Shown: positions 37,971 to 50,355, counted from the first letter of the whole stretch. The stretch: DNA of 62,135 bases, filler included, from Basidioascus undulatus (GCA_000826855.1; 13 parts of 13 records of this genome joined end to end with filler, not necessarily neighbours in it); one strand, 5' to 3'. Made by a program: numbers and translations. The notes: a model not told the origin generated them from the sequence alone.

Positions 37971-39069
37971 ATGTCCATCCTCCTCCCCGGCCAGCCCCTC
38001 CCCCTCCCTTCCTCGTCCGCAGGGCCCCAACCGCGCGCCGGCCCGGGAACTTTCACACGCGCGGGGCAGATCGTCGCTTCCACTGTTGGGACGGCAGTAA
38101 GGGATGGAGGGGTGCGTCTTCCCAAGAGGCAAGGAGGGGGAGGGAGGGGAGGAGGCTGATAGTGTGGGGAGGGGGGTAGGTGGTCAGTGTGAAGGGCAAG
38201 GCTGCTGCGAGCCCGATACCGGATATCGATAGCGTCGTGCGTCTTCCTCTTCTTATGAAGGAACATGGTGGGGGGGATGGGGTGAGCTGATGAAGTGTGG
38301 GAGAAAGGTCCTGGCTACCGTCGTACGCCTCACGTCCAAGCAGGCTACGCTGTCTATAGACGTGATCAACGGCCAGCCGTGCAGGGGCGACGAGGGGTTC
38401 CAAGGTCGGTCCTCGTCCCCCATACTACACTCCTTTTCTCCCACCTCCACCTCATCTCCCACTCTCCCTCGCTCTCCCCTCTCCCTTTCCCCGCCCTCCC
38501 CACTATCCCATCTCCTTTCACCCAATCCCATCCCCCATCGTCTACCTTCCTCCTCACGCCTTCCTCCTTTCCCTGCTTCTTCCTCCCTCCCCGCGTCTTC
38601 TATCTTCTTCCCTTCCATAGCAGGACCTAACAAACAGAAATCGCAGGTATTATTCGCGCACAAGACGTCCGCTCGACCGAGAAGGACAAAGTCAAACTGC
38701 AGCACGCCATGCGCCCGGGGGACATTGTCCGCGCGGTTGTCATCTCCCTCGGCGACGCGCGGTCGTACTACCTCGCGACGGCGCGGAACGATCTGGGGGT
38801 GGTGTTTGCTACGAGCGAGAGCGGTACGTCGCTGCCTTATCATTACCTTTCCTTTTCCCCTCGCGAGCTCTCACGTAAACACTGCTAAGGAGCGGTTGCT
38901 GACTGGGTGGGTTGGTGTGGTTGGGTTTGGGTGTCGGATTGGTTGTGCGGTGTGCGCGTGTGTGCGGAATGCAGGAAACACTCTCCAGCCTATCTCTTGG
39001 CAGGCGATGAGGGATCCGAAAACGGGGATGGTCGAGCTGCGGAAATGCGCGAAGCCGGAAGGCGTATGA
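37971..39069 (+). CDS. CSL4: Exosome complex subunit Csl4
   Basis: [62 protein letters not shown] and C-terminal ELRKCAKP. Confidence 0.93.
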
Positions 39070-40032
39070 ATTGGATCGGAGCTTCGACTTGGTTCTCTGC
39101 TGTGTGGCGTGTGCATGTAGCCGTTGTGCTTACAGGGCTTAGGAACGCGGCTGGCGGTCGGGACATAAAGAAGAGGGGGGTGGGGGGGCCGGAGGAGGCA
39201 GGACAGTGCCGGACCGGGTTGGAGCACGATGGACGTACCTTGGACAAGCTTCGCGAACTTGCTCGCACTCTTGCTGCCAGGGTCGTGGCTCGCGAAACCC
39301 ACCGCACAGCGCCACCGCAGTATCGAGTGGCATTCAACACCGAGCTCACTTCAAGATGAGGCTCAAGTACAGGCCGACGCGCTTTCCCGACTTGGTCAAC
39401 GCTCGAAAGTCGACTGCGCTGCCGCCACTCGCAAGACGACGCACGCGGGGTTGGACGTCTCATAGGTCACTTACTCAGGACCAGACCGCCGCGGTGGGGC
39501 GCTGCCGTTATTCCCACTAATTACATTGGCTGTGAGTCGGAGCGAGCGAACGAGCGCTTCTGGTTGCTTCATCTCGATTTGGCCAGTGTGTCGAGGACGG
39601 CAACCATCCAAGGAGCACGGCAGTCCTCTTCCCTGGCTGTACTACAAGCTGCAACAACCCCTGCTCCTCAAACGCACAAACCACACGTTCCAACCACGAG
39701 CTCGCGTAGTCATCATGTAAATCACACCTCCTCCCCCCCTCTCACTCATAAACCCTCCGCACAACAGGGCTCGGCCCCGGACTAGCTCTCGGGATGGGGC
39801 TGGCCGCCCATCCCCTCATCCGCGCATCTCTCCTCCCTTGTTCCCTATCCTCTCTCCCCCGCTTCCCACCCCCTCCCTTTCCCCCACCTCTCCCGACCAG
39901 TGCACTTGCGCGCAGCCCTCNNNNNNNNNNNNNNNNNNNNNNNNNNNNNNNNNNNNNNNNNNNNTTAATTAATTAANNNNNNNNNNNNNNNNNNNNNNNN
40001 NNNNNNNNNNNNNNNNNNNNAGCAAAAGAGAA

Positions 40033-40105
40033 TGACCACTGCAGGGCTCGATCCTGCGACATTTTGCGTGTTAAGCAAACACTCTACCAACTGAGTTAAG
40101 CGGCC
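40033..40105 (-). tRNA. tRNA-Val (AAC), intronless
   Basis: Cloverleaf: acceptor GGCCGCT/AGTGGTC, D-arm ACTC/GAGT, anticodon stem TTTGC/GCAAA with loop TT-AAC-AC, T-stem GCAGG/CCTGC, followed by a T-rich tract. Confidence 0.88.
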
Positions 40106-40647
40106 GATGTCATCGAATTCCACTTATTTTCTTCCAACTGTTCTCTTGCGAGGAGCCTGCCATGCATATAAAGATTTCCGTGTCGCTGGACTGCATGCAG
40201 TTCAATTGTGCGAGTCTCGACTCCGGCCCTCCCGCAGCGGCAGCGGAGTCTGCGTGACCGACACTGCGGTGCCGCTGCGACGTGATACGGGAATGTGGGA
40301 CGGGTGGACGATTGACCCTTCCCGGATTAAGAATGTGAAGTTTTTGAGAAACTGAGAACCTGATTTGATGGCCTACGCCTCTAAGTGACGGGTAGACTCA
40401 GCCCCCCAAATCAAACCAGATTCCCGGTCAGCCAGGTCCCAATCTTCGACGGCACAGCAAGCGCCTTGGAACCCAATTTGGTGGACCTAGCCAATGGCCA
40501 AGCGCCAGATGCCATGCTCATACCCCTGCCTTGAATAGCCCTTGCCCCTCCCCCTGTAGTCTACCCCGCCTGTACTTTCTAGCACCCAACTAGCGGCGTC
40601 GCATGCAGAGCTCTTAACGCCTAACCTAACGTTGAGATAAAACTACG

Positions 40648-41085
40648 CACGAGGTTCTTCCATTCGCCCAGCCTGCCCTTCTGGGCCTTGCCTGCAGTGC
40701 TCATGCGCTCCTTGTAGCCCTGCAAGCCATCACCCAGTGCATTGAGTCGGGAAACACCACTTCAAGACCGGTATTTCGCACTCACATTCAAAAATTCACG
40801 CAAGTCGAAGTACTCCTCCGCCTTGTCCTCACCCTCCTTGACCGCAGGCGGACGCGGATTCTCATGGTACATGTCTGACTGCCGCCTCCTGTGCTCGGCC
40901 GGAGTTGCGCCCGGAGGTGGAACGGCAGCTATGGAAGAAGCCGAGGAGACGCGCGAAAGGGTGCGGAAAGCCTCATAGCCCTCATCGACATGAACAAGGC
41001 CTGTGTTGGCCTCGCCCCAAGTCCCGGAGGAGTCAGGCGGATGTTCGGTATGGTAGCTCGTTGGGAGCTCGCTCGGTCTCGGTAA
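40648..41085 (-). pseudogene. Possible relic N-terminus of a PDR-type ABC transporter
   Basis: GTWGE..VHVDEGYEAFRTLSRVSS..EEYFDLREFL followed by ..KGRLGEWKNL. No upstream in-frame ATG and no Walker A motif follow. Confidence 0.4.
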
Positions 41086-41669
41086 GTGATGGAGAGTTGT
41101 GTGAGGTGGAGATCGATTTTAAGGTAAGAGGATCGAATACAACTGTTCTGAGGGACTTGATGAATGTGAAAAATCAGAGAGCTGAGCGAAGTGAACGGTG
41201 CGAAAGCAAGTCTCGAAAAATATTTTGCAGACCATAGCAGACCGGCACCGTCGCCGGCTTGCACATCATCGCGAACCGACTGAGATGTCGGCGTCCATGT
41301 ATGAGGCTCCACAACGCATCAGTGGAGGTGGGGTATTAGTCCTTTTAGGCCTTATTTGTAAACAGTGGAGGGGAGTTGGTGAAAGAGAGAAAGTGCTGCA
41401 CAGTCTACTAGCCTTCACCAAGTCGATGTCGACCTGCCTCCACGCCTCCACCAGGTCGACGTCGACCTGCCTCCATACCTCCACCTGCTCTTCACTGCTC
41501 TTCGGCTCGGCTCTTTACACCTCCACCTGCTCTTCGGCTCGGCTCTTTACACTGACACAAATTCACCAGCCATCGAGCTCAAGTCAACAGCCACGGCTGT
41601 CGATAAATACAGGCCTTGGTCGCTGCACCCTCTTCCCCCAACAAGCCACTCTTCCCCCAACAAGCCATT

Positions 41670-43099
41670 ATGTCCGCCATCCAGCCAATCAACAAAGTCC
41701 ACGCCTACGCTTGCTACGCTGCCAAGGAGCAAGTCAAGCCGTTTGAATACATCCCTCGCCCTCTCGGTGCCCATGATATAACCGTCAAGATCTCCCACTG
41801 TGGTATCTGCGTAAGTACTCAACCCATATTTCCAAGTTTGCCCCTCACTTCAACGCGCAAAATTGATTCTCCAATTACCATAGGGCTCTGACATCCACCA
41901 CATGGACGCTGGCTGGGGTCCTCAACCGTTTCCCATCGTTCCCGGTCATGAAATCATTGGGACAGTCGTCGAAAAGGGCGATCAAGTCCAGGGCTTCGAA
42001 ATCGGTCAAACGGTAAGCGTATACTACTAGCATGCAGTTTGCGCATCTGTCTTTCGTGCAATCATCATCTCTGACCTTTGGTATTTTGTATAATGCAGGT
42101 CGGTGTGGGGACCTCGGGTTTCGCTTGTTTTAAGGATTCGTGCAAAGCCTGCTCGCAGAACGCCGATCATTTGTGTCCAGAACGCGTCTTGACCTTTGCC
42201 GCCAATTATGCAGGTAACGTTGCGCCTCTCCGTCCCATCCGTGCAGTTTTCATGTAAAAACGCCGGCGTGGACGATGTGCTGATTGATGTTATGTTACAG
42301 ACGGCAACCCGTCTTACGGTGGTTACGCTACCCACGTTCGTGTTATCGACACCCACATCATTCCGATTCCCGAAGGCTTGTCGCGGGCTCATGCCGCTCC
42401 ATTGCTCTGCGCCGGTATGTTCCATGTATCTGAGTGAGATCGGTTCCGACAAAGAAAATTCAATACAACCTCTTTGTAGGCGTAACGACCTTCACTCCCT
42501 TGAAGAAACTTGGTGTGAAACCTGGCACGACGGTTGCCGTGGTTGGCATAGGTAAGTTTCTTTCCCAACAGTTTCACCTCACATTTCGATCGCAACTCAC
42601 CCATCCTCTCACCACCCAGGCGGTCTGGGCCATCTCGCAGTCCAATTCGCCGCTGCTCTTGGGGCCGACGTGACGGCTATCTCCCACAGCGCCAACAAAC
42701 GCGACGAGGCGCTCACACTCGGTGCCAAGCACTTCATCGACCTCTCCGATAAAGACGCCGCCAAGGGCAAGTCCTTCGACGTCATCCTCATGACTTCCAC
42801 ACACCTCACCGCTCTGGACCCGTACCTCGCGATGTTGGACGTCAGAGGAACGCTCGTCTTCTTGGGCGCACCGGAGAACAACGTCCAGTTTCACCCGTTC
42901 AGCATCCTGATGCAAGAATCGCGGATCATGGGGTCTCTCACCGGATCTGTCGCGGATGTCAAGGAATGCTTAGCGTTTGCCGCTAAGCATGGGATCAAGC
43001 CGATGATCGAGGTGTTCGATATGGATACCAAGATTAATGACGGAATCAAGAAGGTTAGAGATGGGAAGATTCGGTATAGGGCTGTTTTGAAGGCTGAGG
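41670..43099 (+). CDS. Zn-dependent NADP alcohol dehydrogenase (Adh6/CAD-like)
   Basis: CGIC|GSD, VPGHE, Cys-rich structural Zn region, APLLCAG|VT, GI|GGLGH and GKIRYRAVL. The stop lies just beyond the contig end. Confidence 0.93.
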
Positions 43100-43199
43100 N
43101 NNNNNNNNNNNNNNNNNNNNNNNNNNNNNNNNNNNNNNNNNNNTTAATTAATTAANNNNNNNNNNNNNNNNNNNNNNNNNNNNNNNNNNNNNNNNNNNN

Positions 43200-46000
43200 C
43201 CGCCAATTTACCACCACCTCCCTCCGCGCCACCCCTCCTCCCTCCTCCCTGCAATCCCAATCTCAGTCCCAAACAGCTACTTCCGAGAAGAGTGAAAAGG
43301 CGCCAACGCCCGCAGCGGCGGACGAGCCCAAGAAGCCCGTCCTCCAGCGCGCGTGGGCGGTCGTCAAGCATGAAGCTCAGCACTACTGGCATGGCTCGAA
43401 GCTCCTTGCTAAGGAGGTCCGCATCTCGAGCAGGCTGCAGCTCAAGTTGCTCAGAGGGAAGACGCTCACGCGGCGTGAACGACGACAAGTGGGTATCACT
43501 TTCCTCTTACCCTTCTTCCACTCCCCCGTACCTCTTCTTCATTCGACCTTTTTCAGTTTCCCTGCTCGTCTGGTGGACTGCAAACTGAACCCCCCCCTTT
43601 CCCTCCCCCAGCTAAAGCGCACAACCACCGACCTCCTTCGCCTGATCCCCTTCGTCCCCTTCGTCATCATCCCCTTCATGGAGTTCCTCCTCCCCGTCGC
43701 GCTCAAGCTCTTCCCCAACATGCTCCCCTCCACCTTTGAGGACAAGTTTGCCGCAGAGGAGAAGCAGCGCAAGCTCCTCCGCGTGCGCTTGGAGATGGCC
43801 AAGTTCTTGCATGAGACGATCAAGGAGACGGGGCTGCGCGCGGGGGACCGCGTGACGGGGAGCGAGGAGTTTAAGGAGTTCTTTAGGAAGGTGCGCGGTG
43901 AACTCATTGTCTTTGGGTTGCGGGGCGTATTCCGCTTCTCTTCTCTTTTTCGGCTCTTGTGTTCTCTTGCCCTCAGTTTTCTTCTCCCTTCTCTCTTCTA
44001 GACGCTAACTCCTCGCTGGCGTTCGGCAGGTCCGCGCCACCGGCGAGCACCCCTCGCACGCAGACATCGTCAAGGTCGCCCGGCTCTTCAACGACGACCT
44101 CACGCTCGACAACCTCAGCCGCCCGCAGCTCGTGTCCATGTGTCGGTACATGAACATCCATGCGTATGGGACTGAGTGCGTGCCGCGTTCCCTTCTTCCC
44201 TTTCTCATCTCTGTATCCTGACCTATGCATTGGTTCGGCGCTCAGTAACTTCCTCCGCGGGCACATCCGCGGCCGACTCGAGAAGATCAAAGCGGACGAT
44301 GTTGTGCGTCCCTCCCCTTCCTTCGCTCCCACTCAACAACTAAACCCCTCCCCTCCACAGCTGATCGCCGCCGAGTCCATCTCGACCCTCACAACAAAAG
44401 AGCTCCAGCAAGCGTGCCAGTCCCGCGGGATCCGGACGTCGACGCTCTCGCCTGCGCGCCTGCGCGACGAACTCGCGCAGTGGATCGACCTCCACGTGCA
44501 GCAGGAGGTCTCCGGCGTCTTGTTAATTCTGAGCAAGGCGTTCAACTTTGCCGAGGGCGAGGGAGGCGTGATGAGCAGCTTGGAGGCGACGCTGAGCAGT
44601 CTGCCGGACGTGCTGGTGCGTCTTCCCCCCATCCCTCCTCTCATCGTGCTTTGGTTTCTTGGGTTAGGGGGAAGTGAAATATTGATGAGTGGTGGGAGGA
44701 CCGCAGTTGAACGAGGCCGAGCTGGAGGTTTCGAGCGAGGAGGCGACGTACAAGCAGAAGCTCGACGTCCTGCAGGAGCAGGAGGAGTTGATCGAGGACG
44801 AGGCGGAGCAGGAGCAGGTGCGTCCCCGTCTCCCACTTCCTTTCCCCATTTCCCCTAGTACTGGTTTCTGATATGGGGCATGGATGCGTTTGTAGAAGGA
44901 GGAGGAGGCCCGGCGCGCAAAGAAGGCGGCGGAGGAGAAGGCGCGCAGGGAAGAAGAGGCGGAGAAGGCGCAGCGGATGCTGCCTGATGCGGAGGTTCGT
45001 TTCTCCATCCTAACTCCTTTATTCCTGTCCCTTTCCCACGCTGTCTCGGTGCTGACTCTGTCGGGTGGGGTACTAGGTCGCGGAAGCCACGGCGGAAGAG
45101 GACGTGCGGATGACGTCCGAGCAGCTCGGCGAGCTCGGCGAGGCGCTCAGCATCCTCTCGGCCAAGTCGTCCGTCCTCAAGGAGCGCGTCGAGCTCGCGC
45201 AGATCATGGAGGAGAGCGAGGCGGCGGATGCGGAGGCAGAGGTGCATTTGGGGTTCTTTCCTTCCTACTTCACCCTTCTCCTGCCTCTCCTTTTTTCGTT
45301 TCCCCTCCCATTCGGCATCCCTTTGCGTCCCCAGTGCGTGGGGCCGGACGCTGACGGGCGTTGGGTTTGGGGGATAGGCCGCTGCGACTGAGGAGGGCGC
45401 CGAGCCGAAGAAGACTCGGGCGAGCGAGAGCCTCAAGAAGCAGGTCAAGTCTATGCTGAGCAAGATCGACGCGCAGCTGTCTGAGTACGACGAGAAGGTG
45501 CGTCCCTCCGTCCCTTCCGTCTTTCTCCCACTCGGTCTTGAAAAGGCAGACATTAACGAGGAGCTATCATGGCGGTCATGGAACAGGTCGGCTCCCAGCT
45601 CAACCTCATCCAGGCCAACCACCTCGGGCAGATCTCGGTCGAGGACCTCAAGCAGGCGCTGCGCGTGATCAAGCACGCGCCATCGGAGGAACAGCTCGAC
45701 GCGATCGTTAAAAAGCTCGACGTGGACAGGTTCGTTGTTTCCTTACCTACTCATTTCCCTTCACCGTCGAAGTTTGCTAACTTCGACCCCCTCTCAACTC
45801 GCAGCGACGGCTTCGTCGTCCTCGAAGACGTGCTCGAGCTGGCGCAGGAGGAGGGTCTGGGCATCGTGCTCGAGGACGGGGCCGAGGCGATCCTCGGACA
45901 GGGGAACGTGATCAAGGTCGGCGCTGCGGGGAAGGCCTCGGGCGCCAAGAACGGCGGCGCGGCCAAGCCGAAGAAAGAGGACATTGTCGCGGATGAGTAG
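43200..46000 (+). CDS. MDM38: LETM1/Mdm38 mitochondrial inner-membrane protein (5' truncated)
   Basis: HYWHGSKLL..LTRRERRQ|LKRTTTDLLRLIPFVPFVIIPFMEFLLPVALKLFPNMLPSTF, LTLDNLSRPQLVSMCRYM and an EF-hand-like C-terminus. Confidence 0.95.
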
Positions 46001-46378
46001 GCTGCGAGGGAGGGAGAGAGCGGGGACAGATGTGATGACGCCTTGCTTAGAAGATTCTCTTGGGCCTGAGGTATGCAGAACGAGCGATGTGCGGATGGCC
46101 AGCTAGCTCGCTGTGCCGAAGACAGCATAATTGTTGACCACGCGCTGCGATCGATGCTTAGAGCCACCGACTATGTACCACTCCAGGTTATCAGTAACGA
46201 CCTGTACCATCACACGGGCCTTGCCAGGGAGACAGGTACAGCGGCCTTCAGGGACTCCTTTCGGCTCGTAGACGCAGGNNNNNNNNNNNNNNNNNNNNNN
46301 NNNNNNNNNNNNNNNNNNNNNNTTAATTAATTAANNNNNNNNNNNNNNNNNNNNNNNNNNNNNNNNNNNNNNNNNNNN

Positions 46379-46819
46379 GAAGGACATCGAGCGGGAGCAG
46401 GAGTGGGCTCTGAGGGGCGGGAGCGGGGGCAGGAGTGGGCTCTGAGGGAGCGGGAGCGGGGCCGAGTGCTGAAGCGGGTTTGGGAGCCTCGACGGGGGCG
46501 GGGGCAGCAGCAGGGGGCGCAGGAGCAGGAGCAGGGAAAGGGGAATGGGAAGACGCAGCGGGCGCGACGGTTGCACCTGCAGCCTCAGCGGCCTTCGCAG
46601 CCTTCAGCGCGGCCTTCGCAGCGCGCTGCCGAGCCTTCTTGCTTTTAGGAGCCTACCAATCCCCTCCCAGGCTGAGTCAAGTCAAATTGCACAGAAGATG
46701 GGGAGAGCACGCACCTCATGCTTCGGCTCGTCCTGAGTGAGGGGGAGCTCGGGCTCGGAGTCGGAGGATGAGTCGGGCGTCTCGTCGACGGCGAGATAGT
46801 GGTATCTGGACGAAGACAT
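46379..46819 (-). CDS. Hypothetical protein N-terminus (acidic, then Ala/Pro-rich), possibly frameshifted
   Basis: MSSSRYHYLAVDETPDSSSDSEPE..KHE|APKSKKARQRAAK with a GTGCGT..TAG intron. Confidence 0.55.
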
Positions 46820-47022
46820 TGCGCTGCGCCTGGTGGGGGAAGGCGGGATGGCGAACGACCGAAGAAGACCAGGGCCAGGGCAACGGAGAGTTGGAATGGA
46901 GCCAAGCGTCGACGTCGATGGCTCTCCTGTGCGGTCCTTCCGCGGAACAAAAGGCGGGTCTTTCGTTCAATCAGATACGCGTCGCGTTCGCGTCTTCTTT
47001 TTGACCGCCCGGAGGTGCAAGC

Positions 47023-47791
47023 ATGTCGGACAACATGGTGAGTGTGCAAGCTCTCTTGTCTTATCTTATGGGTTATAAAAACCATTGTGATTTCACACGG
47101 TGCACTGCTCACACGCCGCAGACCCCTCTCCTTACCCTCATCATCGTCGCGACGCTCACGAACGCGATCGGCAAGGCCGCGACTCTTCCCTGGCGGCTGC
47201 CCAAAGAGATGCGCACTTTGCCAAAGTCACGTCCGCTGCGCCGGAGGGCACGGCCAATGCGGTCGTCATGGGGCGCAAGGCATGGGAGAGCATCCCGCTG
47301 AAGTTCAGGCCGCTGAGGGGGAGGCGGAACATTACTGACGACAGGTACGACCTGTACGTGTCACTTCCCCTCTTTGCTTTCTCGTGTCTTGGAATGCTCA
47401 GGGGATCGAGTGATACAGCGGCTCAAACGCCATCGACACCCACCTCGCAACATCCATCCCCTCCGCCCTCGCACTTCTCCAAGAGCCCTCGCACTCCCCG
47501 CCCACGCACCGAGCGTTCTCGATCGGCGGCTCAGACATCTACCGCCTCACGCTCCCCCTCGCTGAGCGCGTGCTCCTCACGCGGGTGCTGAGTCCCGCGT
47601 TCGAAGACTGCGACGTCTTCTTTCCCGAGCTGGGCAGCGAGTGGGTCAGGCGCAGTCATGAGGAGCTGGAGGGCTGGGTCGGCTTCGAGGTGCAAAGAGG
47701 AGAGGTGGAGGAGAGGGGCGTCAAGTATGAGTTCCAGATGTGGGAGAGGGACAGGGGGGAGGGGCTGGATGCAGGTCGTGCAGAGCATTGA
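47023..47791 (+). pseudogene. DFR1: Dihydrofolate reductase, frameshifted
   Basis: [19 protein letters not shown] is in one frame and [29 protein letters not shown] is in another (shift near 47212). C-terminal IGG..IY, CDVFFP and YEFQMWER are present. Confidence 0.75.
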
Positions 47792-48265
47792 TTATCTGGC
47801 GACTGGCATGGCAAAGGACACGTCGGCCAAGCAAGTCTCACAGCGGTGTTCTCGTCTTTGGCCTCTCATCTTCCTGCCCACATGCTCATATCACCTAAAC
47901 GGCTCATCGGTCCATACCGAGCCAGCCCTTCAGGCGCTGCAGCCCTTCATGCGCTGTACTCCATCCTCTTCCGCTTGGGCGGCCCCCCCGCTGTGTGCCG
48001 CTTCGCAGCCGGCTGTTCAGGATAGACACACACGACCGACCTCTCTTGAATAGTAATGCTTAGCCAAATGAGTTCTGGTTTCCTTTGCGTCCAGGAGATA
48101 CAGCTGTGGTGAGCGAGAGACAGCCGCATCCGCGCGTAAGAAGACGTTCGGCGACACCGGGCCGCCGTCGCCGAACTCCTCGAGTCGCGAGTCGATAACG
48201 CTCTTCTCCAGCCAACGCTCACCCTGTATATTGAAGAGGACCTCGCTCCGTAGTAGACCGCCTCC

Positions 48266-49457
48266 ATGTCAGACAGCTTCTCACCCCCCTCGCGCGCGCA
48301 TCACATAGCCATAATCGGCGCAGGTCCGCTTCCCATCCCTCTCCTTATCGCCCTCCCCCTGCTCACCCTCACCCCTTCCTCCCGCAGGCGTCGTCGGCCT
48401 GACCACCGCGCTGCACCTCCTCGAGCGCGGGCACGGCGTAACGCTCCTCTCCGAGCATCTCCCCGGCGACCGCAGCATCAAGTACACTTCTCCTTGGGCC
48501 GGCGCACACCACGTCAGCTTCGCGAGGGAGGGGTCGCTGCATGAGCGTGCGTCTTCGGTTCAATGCCCGTTCTGTGTTTTTGTCGGGTGGTGGGCTGATC
48601 GTGGGAGGGGAGGGGACAGAACTGGATAGGGAGACTTTTGAGTGGATGTGGGCGATGCGGGAGAGGGAGGGCGAGGAGAAGTGCGGGCTTATGAAGTGCG
48701 TGCGAGGCTTCTTTCTACCAACACTGCGGCGGGGCTGACTGATATGCGAGATCAGGATCACCGAAACAGAATTCTTCGAAGCCGGCCCTCCCCCCGGGCT
48801 CTCCTTCCTCGAGTGCATGCCCGACGTACGCTCCCTCTCCCGTCCCGTCCCCTCCATCCACAGCCTCACCCTCCCCTCCCGCAGTATCGCGTCCTCCCCC
48901 CATCCTCTCTCCCGCCCGGCATAACCTTCGGCGTCTCCTTCTCCACCCTCACAATCGACACGCCGCACTACCTTCCCTACCTCCTCACGCGGGGCACCTC
49001 CCTCGGCTTGCACGTCCAGCGCGTGGCGCTGCAACACGTTCGCGAGGCGCTCGCGCGCGTTCCCGCGGCCGAGGCGGTTGTCGTGTGCGCGGGGATCGGC
49101 GCGCGCTTCCTTGGGGGCGTGGAGGATAGGACGGTTTACCCGACCAGGGGACAGACGGTTACGCTCTGGGCACCGTGGGTGAAGAGTGGGTGCGCCAGGA
49201 ACGAGGAGGGGAAGTGGGACCTGGGGAGCTATGTCATCCCGGTGCGCGCTGGTGTCATCTCTCCCCCCGCGAGACTGGGCTGAGCTGAACCGGACGTGAT
49301 GCAGCGCAAGTCAGGCGAAGTTATCATCGGTGGCAGCCGGGACGTCGACGACTGGTGCGCTGCGTTCCTTGCTGCCCACCTTAATCTGCCTTCCCGCACC
49401 GGATCTGACTCCCTACACCCCTACTCAGGGACCCCTCCCCCCGCCCCGCCCTCACAG
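48266..49457 (+). CDS. D-amino-acid / D-aspartate oxidase family FAD oxidase (3' truncated)
   Basis: IAIIGAG|VVGLTTA, YTSPWAGAHH, TIDTPHYLPYL, GIGARFLGGVED..VYPTRGQT, YVIP|RKSGEVIIGG. Confidence 0.9.
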
Positions 49458-49557
49458 NNNNNNNNNNNNNNNNNNNNNNNNNNNNNNNNNNNNNNNNNNN
49501 NTTAATTAATTAANNNNNNNNNNNNNNNNNNNNNNNNNNNNNNNNNNNNNNNNNNNN

Positions 49558-50355
49558 GCTCTTAAGAGCCGGAAGAGAGCAGAAGAAAGCAGTGGGGGAG
49601 GGCACCTGGTGGGGTGGTGAGTTCAGATGGGTGTTTGGGAAGCGTTGATGGGATATCGTGAGGATTGAAGACGCACCAGGGATGCTCGTCTCCCCCTCCT
49701 CAAAGATCGGCTCCTGATCGAACAAGCCCTTCGGCGGACTGTGCTCCTTCTCATTCCCCTTCCCCTTCTCCTTCTCCTTCTCCTTCTCCTTCTCCTGCGC
49801 GCGCACAGACTTGCGGGGCGACGAGCGGGTAGGGAGGGCGACGAGCGCCTCATCTGCGTGTTTCTGGGGCGAGAGGCGGGCGGAGTAGCGGGTGGGCGCT
49901 GGAGGACTAGGGGTGTTGGTTCGAGTTAAGACGGTGGCAGAGGAAGAGGGGAACGGACCTCTGGGAGTGGATGATTTCGGAGGGCGCGGACGGTTTGCGA
50001 GCGGGGAGGGCTTAAGGGGCACGATGTGTACTTGTCGGGCTGCGAACGGGCTTTGGTCGTTCGCGTGCGCCATCGCTATCCAAACCAACACAACATCAGC
50101 CTCCTGTCGTCCTCCTCCTCCTCCCAATCTACATCATTCCCCAGACTCACCGTTACCCTGCCCCCTGCGCTGCACAGGCGTAGTCTCCGCCAGCCCATGG
50201 AACGTCACGTCCATCAGATCCTCGCCCGCCCCGCTCCCGCCCAGCATGACCAGGCTGCCCCCCTCAAAGTCGGCGTCGGCTCCAAAGTACCGCATCGAGA
50301 GCTCGCCGGGCGATGAGGGCGCGAGATTGCGTCGGGGGGGCGGGGGTTCGGGCAT
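49558..50355 (-). CDS. Hypothetical S/P/K-rich protein, 5' part
   Basis: GC-rich exons (MRYFGADADFEGGSLVM..; PLKPSPLANRPRPPK; KE repeat) with GT..AG introns; start uncertain. Confidence 0.5.

Noticed and set aside
40021..49457. Apparent metabolic cluster ADH - MDM38 - DHFR - DAO
   Set aside because: The genes lie on separate contigs. Only DHFR and DAO are linked, and they have no evident shared pathway.
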